DNA of 32,000 nucleotides from Candidatus Saccharimonadota bacterium (GCA_016699145.1 CP064962.1:300001-332000), one strand, 5' to 3'; positions 7,201 to 14,833 are shown, counted from the stretch's first letter. Notes: generated by a model from the sequence alone, not told the origin. Numbers and translations: made by a program.

Positions 7201-8514
7201 TACTCTTCAACGTACATCCATGCTTGTGCTGCTTCCACCGAAGACGGGGAAACCGTTTATGGTGAGGATGGCCTACTTTGCTACAACCCCGAGTACAGCC
7301 CCGAAGACGAAGGCCGCGTCGTGATTTTGAACGCCGACGCCATCCCCAGCGATGCCACTCTTCGCATCCGTTATGTGGGAGTGATCGAATCTGGGATCAC
7401 CGCCGAATGTGACGAAAGCGACGATGAATGTTTGACGGAAGTGTTCCTGAACTCGGCTCAAGTGTTTGCCGACCCAGAGGACATTGAAGATGTTTCAAAC
7501 GACGACGACTGTGACGAAGACAACGCCTGCAGCGAAGATTCTTCAACCCTCGTGGTGCTTTGTTCTTACCTCATGACCCAAAATGCCGGAGACATCTATC
7601 TTGAAGGCGACTTGGACAGTGGATCCGACATCTCCTGTGCCTACATCAATGACGAACAAAATTATAGTTCATACAGCAACACCGACGGCCTGGTGATTTT
7701 GGACGCCGGCGACGGAGACGGCGATGAGGACCAAGAAGATGAAGACAGAGACATCACCTATCACGTGGAAAACACCAACAGTGAGGTCTCCATTTGTGAC
7801 GACTCCAATTCAGACAATTTGATTGGAAACCTCAGCTCCTATGTTTGTGAAATCGTCAGCGCCGTGAGCGAGCTTTGGAGGAATGAAACCGTCAGCGAAA
7901 CCACCGACTCCCACGTGAGCCAAGCCGTGCGCAACGCCGACACCAACCAAGCCAGTGCCAACGAAGTGTACAGCGGCTGGGATGCCCTAGCTTCGGCCCT
8001 CACCAATAACAATAACCCAGACAGCGGAATCCTTTACTTCCAAGGAAATGGAACGAATTCAAAAGTGACCCTCACAGGAACCTTCGTGGTGCCTTGTGGC
8101 GCTTGGACCTTGGTCGTGCAAAATGCCAATCTACACTTTGCCACCGACATTGAGTACGCCACTTCCTGCACTGCGGAATCCGGCAAAAACTACACCACCG
8201 ACTTGCCTTCCATCGCCTTCGTCGTAGAAGGAGGCGACATCTACATTGAAGACTCCGCTTACCACCTTGCAGGGGTGTATTACACCAATCAAAACATCGA
8301 CGGCGACCTTCGCAGCGCCGTGGACGGAGCCCTCACCTTCGATGGATCGCTTTACGGAAACGTCGATCCTCTGCTCGACGCCGCCAACTACGTCGGCCCC
8401 CCAACCCTCGACGGAGGCAGCGTGGTGGTGCGTTACGACAGCCGCATCCTTTTGAACACCCCCCCCGCCCTCTCTGAATATGTGGACGTGGACACGCAAA
8501 GAGGAGTGAATTGA
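4225..8514 (+). CDS. Giant secreted, extremely acidic, Cys-rich hypothetical protein (1429 aa)
   Basis: Signal peptide M(TM)KTLTTFLTGMSLSLLLAVGIAYA/SNED. Alternative start at ATG 4231. Composition is dominated by D/E/T/S/N with very few K/R and dozens of Cys. Contains tandem Cys-delimited modules, a D12 run, and a C-terminal module with two GDIY(L/I)E motifs. No family recognised. Confidence 0.9.
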   Translation: MTMKTLTTFLTGMSLSLLLAVGIAYASNEDTTEVDSIDSGNYDENTDTTCDGDTHEHIHYNDSTDTRSRMFIGVVHEFAIVFEDDFLDSVDTSTMTCTNGDGTYRNCGFNKDTDLGDVVYSTSNGHWNGVTVTYQTLDWIAGSPVGLVWRYGTDADADDYDDKPWLGSGGQKVEGISFEAEDYSIESTATTTSWTKMEFFYTNPNGDYMDTDNWTHVYTNDVQAHQNEVDPDGDYIYWYGINGTAVSNFPACYAAACASLSITPETADLNMSDVFSDVSFTVTATGSDGSDITGDSRFTYSINQYGSANDAADADGSLHYGPFSRLRSKNPTNIADSTVIFRNTEPGDSLYVYVSNYEGNSYESSCYAEVELPYCTDLNITNPVRSSGVPYIGPVHGDTYSTPIDIETETSTGESWPFNVTYGSTDPAATFDGQSNPYVTLDTSIAAYTSTDSATVSVGLNDQNSDGESDDVAGLCNDTFYYILIPNLSTPTCDYLEITEPTGTITAEAMEDGNVEISWESFLTDGTPNPSTYLCTSSNPNGQFRDATGRTTSASISTPLTTVFYTGEPGDSITCQSVAPYSGAACVDTLTSETEGGGAVCEDLSLDDPYIVNDDGSQTLINLSSQNDLQRLYAEDTACFPFEVNVEPNFNGTLQASAYTDSTRNTRSSGLLSLNVNSSGTYVGNPATIGISETNSYTGTLCWENFSENQVLDLQVVDSESVCADSITLPPIRVIGDDDDDDDDDDDDNPTCEDVVDVDEIDAGGICEEYSMEVCVEDEDIEVVSSGDEICYYDEDDTDHSDPIDCEEGELTIEAERNRECYEVEIEGNVCSGEISVEYNGQVCYDDSPEQEEVGVLNKYIYTFNFSSEKVYNSDEDVFFTHDEDRTFYTLEYTPAGAEDTLVFTDDMWDSNGIEGVFGDGANESTQGHIWLAEELSELTDYQYNYQTIKSFGFGEEYEAGSQGLADYVSGFTESSYQSFVAYLQYENSSDPYSSTYIHACAASTEDGETVYGEDGLLCYNPEYSPEDEGRVVILNADAIPSDATLRIRYVGVIESGITAECDESDDECLTEVFLNSAQVFADPEDIEDVSNDDDCDEDNACSEDSSTLVVLCSYLMTQNAGDIYLEGDLDSGSDISCAYINDEQNYSSYSNTDGLVILDAGDGDGDEDQEDEDRDITYHVENTNSEVSICDDSNSDNLIGNLSSYVCEIVSAVSELWRNETVSETTDSHVSQAVRNADTNQASANEVYSGWDALASALTNNNNPDSGILYFQGNGTNSKVTLTGTFVVPCGAWTLVVQNANLHFATDIEYATSCTAESGKNYTTDLPSIAFVVEGGDIYIEDSAYHLAGVYYTNQNIDGDLRSAVDGALTFDGSLYGNVDPLLDAANYVGPPTLDGGSVVVRYDSRILLNTPPALSEYVDVDTQRGVN
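6433..6468 (+). repeat. (GAY)12 simple repeat encoding twelve consecutive Asp residues inside the giant secreted protein
   Basis: Read directly: gac gac gac gat gat gat gat gac gat gat gac gac, corresponding to aa 737-748 of the ORF. Confidence 0.95.
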
Positions 8515-8530
8515 AAGGAGGGAGAAAAAT

Positions 8531-8559
8531 TTGACAGAATCATTCTATTGGAAAATAAT
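8531..8559 (+). promoter_or_regulatory. Sigma70-like promoter candidate for the PP2C-like gene
   Basis: TTGACA at 8531-8536, a 17-nt spacer, then AATAAT at 8554-8559. This sits 21 nt upstream of ATG 8581. Confidence 0.45.
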
Positions 8560-8580
8560 GAGGTTTATTAAACAATAGAA

Positions 8581-9447
8581 ATGGCCCACGAAGAAGATGC
8601 CACCAGCGACACCATCACCCAAGAGATCATCTTTGGAGATAGAATGTGTCCAGTCAAAGCACTACCACTGCCCGAAGGCTACAAAGGTGCCGTTTATCTC
8701 AATCCAAACATAGAAATTTCTGGCCACAGCAATGACGATGTGGTTGCTTGTGCCTCGGGAAGCAGGGCAGCCCTGCTCATCGTCTTTGATGGAATTTCAA
8801 CAGGTAAACCAGGAAAACCAACTTATGGCTTTGAATCAGGCCCCGTTGCAAAATACGCCGCAGAAATAGGGTTGGCCTATGCAAAAGCTCACCTAGCAGC
8901 AGGACGAGCATTTTCATTGCAAGAAATGCATCGGCATATAGGAGAAGCAGTAAAAACAGCCTTCATCCAGAATACACTTCCAAAAGGAGGACTCGTGGGT
9001 GTCAGTGCACTTCTATTGCCGAATGGAGTGATCCATGTCCATCGCTTTGGAGACGCTGAAATAGCCCTAAGTGGTGTTAACGGGGGGCGTTTCTGGGTCC
9101 CTAACGAGCTTTTGCCTCAAAATATGGCTTTGAGAAGATATCAAGAGGATGGAGATATCTCAATAGATCAGGTTTTAATACCAGAAAGAAAAGGTGCCCC
9201 TATCACCAACTTCATCCTCACCAGTCGAGGTCTAAGCAATCCAGAAGGGCCCGACTGGATCCACCGCTTGGCAGCAGGACAGCGCTTCATCATGGGCAGC
9301 GACGGTCTTATGATTTACGATCAGCTCAAAGCGCTCCATGAAACAAAGGGTGATGCACAACAGCTTTTAAGTGAAGTTGCCAATCATGCAAACAGATTTT
9401 CCACAGACAATATCTCCGGTTTTGCCATTCAAAGAATCGCAGCTTAA
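8581..9447 (+). CDS. Divergent PP2C/SpoIIE-fold Ser/Thr phosphatase-like protein
   Basis: The motif series resembles PP2C: NDD (like NED), LLIVFDGISTG (like aDGMGGh), FIMGSDGL (like lCSDGL) and TDNISGFAIQ (like DNiTvivv). Confidence 0.65.
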   Translation: MAHEEDATSDTITQEIIFGDRMCPVKALPLPEGYKGAVYLNPNIEISGHSNDDVVACASGSRAALLIVFDGISTGKPGKPTYGFESGPVAKYAAEIGLAYAKAHLAAGRAFSLQEMHRHIGEAVKTAFIQNTLPKGGLVGVSALLLPNGVIHVHRFGDAEIALSGVNGGRFWVPNELLPQNMALRRYQEDGDISIDQVLIPERKGAPITNFILTSRGLSNPEGPDWIHRLAAGQRFIMGSDGLMIYDQLKALHETKGDAQQLLSEVANHANRFSTDNISGFAIQRIAA

Positions 9448-9488
9448 GCACTCTGGTCTTTTTTTGAGATGGCCTCTACACTGCAAGC

Positions 9489-10457
9489 ATGCCCCAGTCC
9501 AACTTCTACTTCATGGCCGGTGAAGACACTTTTTCCCTACTGGAAGAAGTGGACCGTTGGAAATCCGGCTTTCTAGAAAAATACGGCGACACCGACATAG
9601 AAGAGCTGGACGGAGAAACCGTGGCCGTCGAGACCATTGCCGGTGCCATCCAAGCCATGCCTTTCCTCTCCCCCAAACGCTTGGTGATTTTAAAAAACTT
9701 CCTCAGTGGGAAAAAAGCGGAGCAGGCCAACGAGCTTATTCCTGTGCTCGAAAAATTGCCCGACTCCACCTTTCTGCTCATGGCAGAACTCACAGAACCG
9801 GACAAGCGCAGCAGCCTGTTCAAGCACCTCACCACCGCTGCCACCCAACGCCTCTTCCTCAAGCCCAAAGGGGCCCAACTCAATCTATGGATTCGCCGCC
9901 ACATCGAAGCCCTGCATGGACAAATCGACCCCGGCACTGCCGACTACCTGGCGAGTTGGGTGGGCGACGAGCTCTTCCGCCTGCACAATGAAATCGAAAA
10001 GCTCACCCTTTTTGCCCAAGGAAAACCCATCAGCCCTGCCATGATCGACGAACTGGTGGCCGATCAAGTCCAAAAATCCATCTTCATCCTCACCGACCTG
10101 CTCGCTCAAAAAAAACATGCCGAGGCCCTGGCGACCCTCAAAAAACTGGAGCAACAAGGGGAAGAAGCCGGCTACCTCTTTGCCATGGTCACGCGCCAAT
10201 TCCGTCTGTTGCTCGAAATGAAAGCTCTGGCCGACCAAGGTCAAAACGCAGCCGCTATTGCCCGCACCATGGCCGTGCACCCCTTTGTGGTGCAAAACAC
10301 CCTGCGCTACGCCAAAAATTTCACCTACGAACAGCTCCAAACTGCCCTCTCCGATCTGCTCACTCTAGATCGCCGACTCAAAACGGGCCTCATCTCTCTA
10401 AAACCGAGAGAAGAAGACCCGTTCTTATTGCAACTCGAGAAGATCATTCTCAGCTAA
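9489..10457 (+). CDS. holA: DNA polymerase III delta subunit
   Basis: 322 aa. The N-terminus NFYFMAGEDTFSLLEEVDRWK... and the overall pattern (LVILKN..., HNEIEKL, IFILTDLL, LDRRLKTG) are typical of HolA. Confidence 0.8.
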   Translation: MPQSNFYFMAGEDTFSLLEEVDRWKSGFLEKYGDTDIEELDGETVAVETIAGAIQAMPFLSPKRLVILKNFLSGKKAEQANELIPVLEKLPDSTFLLMAELTEPDKRSSLFKHLTTAATQRLFLKPKGAQLNLWIRRHIEALHGQIDPGTADYLASWVGDELFRLHNEIEKLTLFAQGKPISPAMIDELVADQVQKSIFILTDLLAQKKHAEALATLKKLEQQGEEAGYLFAMVTRQFRLLLEMKALADQGQNAAAIARTMAVHPFVVQNTLRYAKNFTYEQLQTALSDLLTLDRRLKTGLISLKPREEDPFLLQLEKIILS

Positions 10458-10463
10458 CAAAGC

Positions 10464-11891
10464 TTAGCACTCCAAATATCGATCTGTTTCCCACTTGGAA
10501 ACGGAGGTGCGATACGACTCCCATTCTTCACACTTGGCCTCGTAGTACTTAGCAAAAACATCCGCGCCCAAAGCCCCGCGAATCACTTCGTCTTTGGCCA
10601 ATTCTTCAATCGCTTCCTTGAGGTTGGAGGCCACCGTCTTAATGCCCTTTTCGCGCATCTGCTCAGCGGTGAGTTCCCAAATGTTTTCTTCTACCGGAGC
10701 CGGAGCCACAAGGCCTTTCTTGATTCCATCCAGACCTGCAGCCAACATCACGGCAAAGGCAAGGTAGGGGTTGCTGGAAGGATCGGGGCAACGCAATTCA
10801 AAACGAGAGCCCTTAGCCGCAGTAGCAGGGGTAATTCGAGGAATACGAATCAAAGCACTACGATTTCGCTGTCCCCAAGCCGCATTCACAGGGGCCTCAT
10901 AACCCACCACCAGACGTTTGTACGAATTCACCGTAGGGTTCATCACGGCGTTCATCGCACGGATATGTTCCAGTTGCCCAGCAATGAAGCTTTGAGCCAA
11001 GGCCGAAAGTCCATAAGTGCCTTTAGGATCAAAAAACGCATTGCGTCCATCTTCAATAAAGCTGAGAGATTGATGCACGTGCATGCCGCTTCCATTCACT
11101 CCAAAAATAGGTTTGGGCATGAATGTGGCGTGGAGGCCAAGCTTAGCAGCCCTATTCTTAAGGGCCAATTTCAAAGTGATGGCATTGTCGGCACTGCGCA
11201 CCGCATCTGCATAACGAAAGTTGATTTCATGTTGGCCAGGAGCCACTTCATGATGCATACGTTCAATTTCAATGCCCAGCGCATCCAGGTCAAAAGCCAT
11301 GAGACGACGCAGCTCCAGAGCCAAGTCGTCGTATTGAGCGAAGTAACCCGCGCTATCGTGAGGCAAAGTCACGGCATTTCCTTCTGCATCGCGCTTAAAA
11401 AGGAAGAATTCAAGCTCTGGACCCACATTGTACTCAAACCCGAGCTTGGCCGCCTCTGCAAGTTGGCGCTTCAAAATTTGACGAGGGCAGCCCTCATAAG
11501 GCGTTCCATCGGGCAAATGCACGTCACAAATCAAACGAGCCGTCACATCTTCACTGTTGAGCGTCCAAGGCAAAACCGCAAAAGTATTGAGGTCAGGACG
11601 AAGGATCATGTCCGATTCCGTAATAGCGGTAAAACCACTGATGGAAGAGCCATCGAACCACATGTCGTTATCGATGAGTTCTTCGAGTTTGTGCACTGGA
11701 GCCGTCACAGCCTTGAGCACTCCATTCACATCCACAAATTGAAAGTCCACAAATTGCACTCCATTTTCTTGAGCCATTTTCAGGACCATTTCTTTAGTCA
11801 CATTCTTATGAGGAAACTTAGCGTACATGTGCTCGCGTCGAACGCCTCGAAGCGCAGCGGGTGCAGTGGCCGTAGCGGTAGCCGTGGTCAT
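10464..11891 (-). CDS. glnA: Glutamine synthetase, type I-alpha
   Basis: Strong GS pattern: VQFVDFQFVDVNGVLK, FDGSSISGF, NVGPELEFFLF, MHHEVAPGQHEINF, GSGMHVHQSL, NRSALIRIP. There is no adenylylation-loop motif. Start is chosen at ATG 11891 (MTTATATA...). ATG 11828 (MYAKF...) is also possible. The ORF-track start at 11951 adds an implausible hydrophobic extension. Confidence 0.9.
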   Translation of the reverse strand: MTTATATATAPAALRGVRREHMYAKFPHKNVTKEMVLKMAQENGVQFVDFQFVDVNGVLKAVTAPVHKLEELIDNDMWFDGSSISGFTAITESDMILRPDLNTFAVLPWTLNSEDVTARLICDVHLPDGTPYEGCPRQILKRQLAEAAKLGFEYNVGPELEFFLFKRDAEGNAVTLPHDSAGYFAQYDDLALELRRLMAFDLDALGIEIERMHHEVAPGQHEINFRYADAVRSADNAITLKLALKNRAAKLGLHATFMPKPIFGVNGSGMHVHQSLSFIEDGRNAFFDPKGTYGLSALAQSFIAGQLEHIRAMNAVMNPTVNSYKRLVVGYEAPVNAAWGQRNRSALIRIPRITPATAAKGSRFELRCPDPSSNPYLAFAVMLAAGLDGIKKGLVAPAPVEENIWELTAEQMREKGIKTVASNLKEAIEELAKDEVIRGALGADVFAKYYEAKCEEWESYRTSVSKWETDRYLEC

Positions 11892-12002
11892 GGGGAAAGG
11901 GGTTAAAATTAGAAACAAGTCCTTTTTAAGGATTTTATAAAGATCAAACAAGGGCTTTCTTGAGCCTAAAAAACACTGTCAAACACTTGCTACACCCCCG
12001 CC

Positions 12003-12031
12003 TTGACCTTTAAAATTCCAAGCACTATGCT
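12003..12031 (+). promoter_or_regulatory. Sigma70-like promoter candidate for the TrmB-like regulator
   Basis: TTGACC at 12003-12008, a 17-nt spacer, then TATGCT at 12026-12031. This sits 45 nt upstream of the TTG start at 12077. Confidence 0.5.
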
Positions 12032-12076
12032 GTAGCAAATTCCGACTGTCGAAAATTTCTACAACCCAAAGTTCTC

Positions 12077-12847
12077 TTGTCTAATAACCTGAAAAGTGTC
12101 CTGACGAATATCGGTCTGAGCAAAAAAGAGGCCGCTGTTTATTTGGCGAACTTGGAGCTGGGCACGGCCCTTGCGTCTGAAATTGCAAAAAAATCCAAAC
12201 TCAATCGAGTCACCACCTATGACGTGCTCGAAAAATTGATCAGTGAAGGCCTGGTCAGCTCTCAAATGATCAAAAAAGTGAGCTGCTTCACGGCCATGGA
12301 ACCGGACCAGCTCCGCTTGGAAGTGCGGAAACATTATCTGGATTTCAAAGAAGCTTTGCCGGAATTTCGTCGCCTACAAGGGAAAAGTTCTCATCCACAC
12401 ATCCGTTATTACGAAGGTTTGGACGGCGTGAAAAAAATCTATGCAGACACGCTCAGCTCCAAAACTGAAATTTTGAATTACGCAGATTCCAAATCCATCC
12501 GTGAATTCTGGCCCAAATACGATCAAGAATACGTTAAAAAACGCGTGGAGGCTAAAATTTATCTGCGCGGAATCGCCCCTTTAGACGAACACGGAAAAAA
12601 AGTCGCACAACAAAACGAAAGCATGTATCGAGAAATCCGTTTGGTCAAAGCGGGGCCCTTTTCGTTCACCAATGAAATCAACATTTACAACGACAAAGTC
12701 GCCATCGTTTCCTTCAGCAAAAACACCATCATGGGCATGATCATTGAAAGTGAGGAAGTGGCCAACACTCAACGCGCCATTTTCATGATGGCCTGGGAAT
12801 TTGCCGAAAGCACGGGTTTACGAGAAGTTCAAGCATCACAAGAATAG
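12077..12847 (+). CDS. TrmB-family winged-helix transcriptional regulator
   Basis: The N-terminus LTNIGLSKKEAAVYLANLELGTALASEIAKKSKLNRVTTYDVLEKLISEGLV matches the TrmB HTH pattern. The start codon is TTG. Confidence 0.8.
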   Translation: MSNNLKSVLTNIGLSKKEAAVYLANLELGTALASEIAKKSKLNRVTTYDVLEKLISEGLVSSQMIKKVSCFTAMEPDQLRLEVRKHYLDFKEALPEFRRLQGKSSHPHIRYYEGLDGVKKIYADTLSSKTEILNYADSKSIREFWPKYDQEYVKKRVEAKIYLRGIAPLDEHGKKVAQQNESMYREIRLVKAGPFSFTNEINIYNDKVAIVSFSKNTIMGMIIESEEVANTQRAIFMMAWEFAESTGLREVQASQE

Positions 12848-12867
12848 CAAGGCTAACTCAAAAAACT

Positions 12868-13212
12868 TCACCGCTGCATCAAGCCATTTTGCATCAAGAC
12901 TTTTTCATGATGATCGACACGACCCTCCAAACGATCGTGAGCCAAGCTAAAAGAACTGAATTCCTGTTCCAATCGCTCCAGGGAAAGCGCTAAGTTTTCA
13001 TGCATGCCCAAATGTTCCATTTTAAAATCATTGAACTCATCTCGTGTGAGCAAATTCTTAAACATGTTGTCATGCCCCACCAGCATGATCTCGACATTTT
13101 CGAAACGCTCGTCAATCCGTTCAAATCTGCTATCAATCTGCTCAAATTTTTGATCCATCTTGTCCTCCAAGCGTTGAAGTGCCTGAATGATCATTTGATT
13201 CGTAACGGCCAT
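12868..13212 (-). CDS. Hypothetical coiled-coil protein (114 aa)
   Basis: ATG-initiated ORF with a heptad-like repeated RFE/FEQ pattern (KFEQIDSRFERIDERFENVE). No family recognised. Confidence 0.55.
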   Translation of the reverse strand: MAVTNQMIIQALQRLEDKMDQKFEQIDSRFERIDERFENVEIMLVGHDNMFKNLLTRDEFNDFKMEHLGMHENLALSLERLEQEFSSFSLAHDRLEGRVDHHEKVLMQNGLMQR

Positions 13213-13397
13213 ACACAGTTTTAAAGAAAGGATGCTCAGCGTAACAAAGAAAATTTCAAAAGTCCTGAAAAAAACTTACAAAATGAAAAAGGCGTTTACA
13301 AAAAATACAATTCTTTTAAAAACCGCGATTCGAAGGTTTCCTGCTCTCAGTGGTACCTTAAAATTGAGGATGCCGCTTGTGCCAATCCGTAGCCTGT

Positions 13398-14816
13398 TCA
13401 TAGGCATAAGCTGCTTGCAGCAATAAAGGGCTCAGACCACATCGGCCCCAGAATCTGCAAACCCACAGGAAGCCCCGCTTGAGTGAAGCCACAAGGCAAA
13501 GAAAGTCCAGGAATACCCGCAGCAGAAGCAGGAATGGTGAGAGCATCGGCAAGATACATCGCAAGAGGATTGCTGGCCTTTTCCCCCACCTTAAACGCAG
13601 GGGTGGGAGAAGTAGGAGCCATCAAAAGATCCACCTCTTTAAAAGCATTGGCAAAATCCTCAATAATGAGCGTGCGCGCTTTGAGCGCCTGCTTGTAATA
13701 AGCATCAGCATAACCAGCTGACGAAACGAAAGTTCCCACCATGATGCGACGCTTGATTTCAGATCCAAATCCTTCTCCACGGCTCTTGCGATAATAGTCC
13801 AAAAGGTCATCGGCATTTTCAGCTTTATGTCCAAAACGAATGCCATCGAAACGCGCTAAATTCGTGGAAAGTTCCGTGGGCATGGTCACGTAGTAAACAG
13901 ACACTCCGTACTTGGTCATGGGCAAACTCACTTCCTTCACCGTTGCACCGAGTTTTTCATATTCCTTCACGGCATCCATCACTCGTTCCTTAACCTCCAC
14001 ATCCACGCCTTCCATAAAGTATTCCTTGGGGACTCCGATGCGCAGTTCTTTCACACCTTTCTTCAAATCCGCCATGTAGTCCGGCACAGCGACTTTAGGA
14101 GTCGTAAGGTCTCGATCATCATGCCCAGAAAGAAGATTCAAAAGAAGAGCTACATCTTCACTGCTGCGAGTGAAAACCCCCACTGTGTCCCAACTCGAAG
14201 CCATTCCGGTCACTCCAAAACGACTGATGCGTCCATAGGTGGGCTTGAAGCCAATGCATCCACTGAGAGAACCCGGTTGACGCACAGAACCTCCGGTATC
14301 GGTCCCAAGTGAATAAAAAAATTGTCCAGCAGCAACACCCGCAGCGGAACCTCCGGAAGAACCTCCGGCCACATAGTCTTTATTCCAAGGATTCAAAACC
14401 ACTCCAAAAGCAGAATTCTCAGTGGAAGCTCCACACGCAAATTCATCCAGGTTCAATTTTCCAAGCAAAGAATAACCCGCCTCTTTTAATTTTCGGGTCG
14501 CCGTCGATTCATAAGGAGGAACAAAATCTTCGAGCATTTTTGAAGCCACCGTCGTTCGTATGCCACGCGTGTTGAAAATGTCTTTCATCGCTGAGGGGAT
14601 ACCCTCCAAAATGCCAATGGCCTCTCCGCGAGCGATTTTTTCATCCACTCTCTTCGCTTCGGCCAGAGCCAAGTCATCCGTTCGAGTAATAAATGTGTTC
14701 AAATGCTCAGAGCGCGCAATTTGATCCTGACAGGCCTTGAGCAAATCCATGGCAGAGAACTGCTTTTCAACAAGTCCTTTATGGGCTTCGGTAATGGTTA
14801 AAAAATGTAAATCCAT
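13398..14816 (-). CDS. gatA: Glu-tRNA(Gln) amidotransferase subunit A. The 3' end is frameshifted, and the conserved C-terminus is encoded in another frame down to 13358.
   Basis: Amidase signature GGSSGGSAAGVAAG plus a GatA-wide pattern. The annotated tail ...WSEPFIAASSLCL* is non-conserved. The frame offset by +1 encodes LLQAAYAYEQATDWHKRHPQF*, which is a typical GatA C-terminus. Confidence 0.9.
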   Translation of the reverse strand: MDLHFLTITEAHKGLVEKQFSAMDLLKACQDQIARSEHLNTFITRTDDLALAEAKRVDEKIARGEAIGILEGIPSAMKDIFNTRGIRTTVASKMLEDFVPPYESTATRKLKEAGYSLLGKLNLDEFACGASTENSAFGVVLNPWNKDYVAGGSSGGSAAGVAAGQFFYSLGTDTGGSVRQPGSLSGCIGFKPTYGRISRFGVTGMASSWDTVGVFTRSSEDVALLLNLLSGHDDRDLTTPKVAVPDYMADLKKGVKELRIGVPKEYFMEGVDVEVKERVMDAVKEYEKLGATVKEVSLPMTKYGVSVYYVTMPTELSTNLARFDGIRFGHKAENADDLLDYYRKSRGEGFGSEIKRRIMVGTFVSSAGYADAYYKQALKARTLIIEDFANAFKEVDLLMAPTSPTPAFKVGEKASNPLAMYLADALTIPASAAGIPGLSLPCGFTQAGLPVGLQILGPMWSEPFIAASSLCL

Positions 14817-14833
14817 TATTATAAACCAATTTT

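Noticed and set aside
11892-11951. The N-terminal extension of glnA used by the ORF track (MFDLYKILKKDLFLILTPFP). Analogous extensions exist for recO (16803-16883), hppA (22236-22298), the membrane protein (21317-21358) and the small ORF at 24436-24525.
   Set aside because: The extensions are non-conserved and hydrophobic or basic. They overlap upstream genes or promoter-like sequence, and conserved N-termini begin at internal ATGs.
13320-13345. A TTCGAA-containing segment resembling a tRNA T-arm, and more generally a search for tRNA, ncRNA or CRISPR arrays in the intergenic gaps of 125-185 nt.
   Set aside because: The flanks of the TTCGAAT are not complementary, so there is no T-stem. No gap shows cloverleaf potential or regularly spaced repeats. 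No RNA gene can be supported.
13398-13400. Possibility that TGA is read as Gly or Trp (code 25 or 4), as in some CPR lineages, which would explain the odd gatA end.
   Set aside because: Read-through of this TGA does not recover the conserved GatA tail, which is in a different frame. TGA also cleanly terminates ftsX, the 43-aa lipoprotein, the giant exoprotein and dnaA at sensible positions.
13232-13426. A 64-aa highly basic + strand ORF in the gap downstream of gatA.
   Set aside because: It is a low-complexity Lys-rich translation that overlaps the gatA 3' end. The region is better explained as the gatA 3' region plus the promoter of the 12868-13212 gene.
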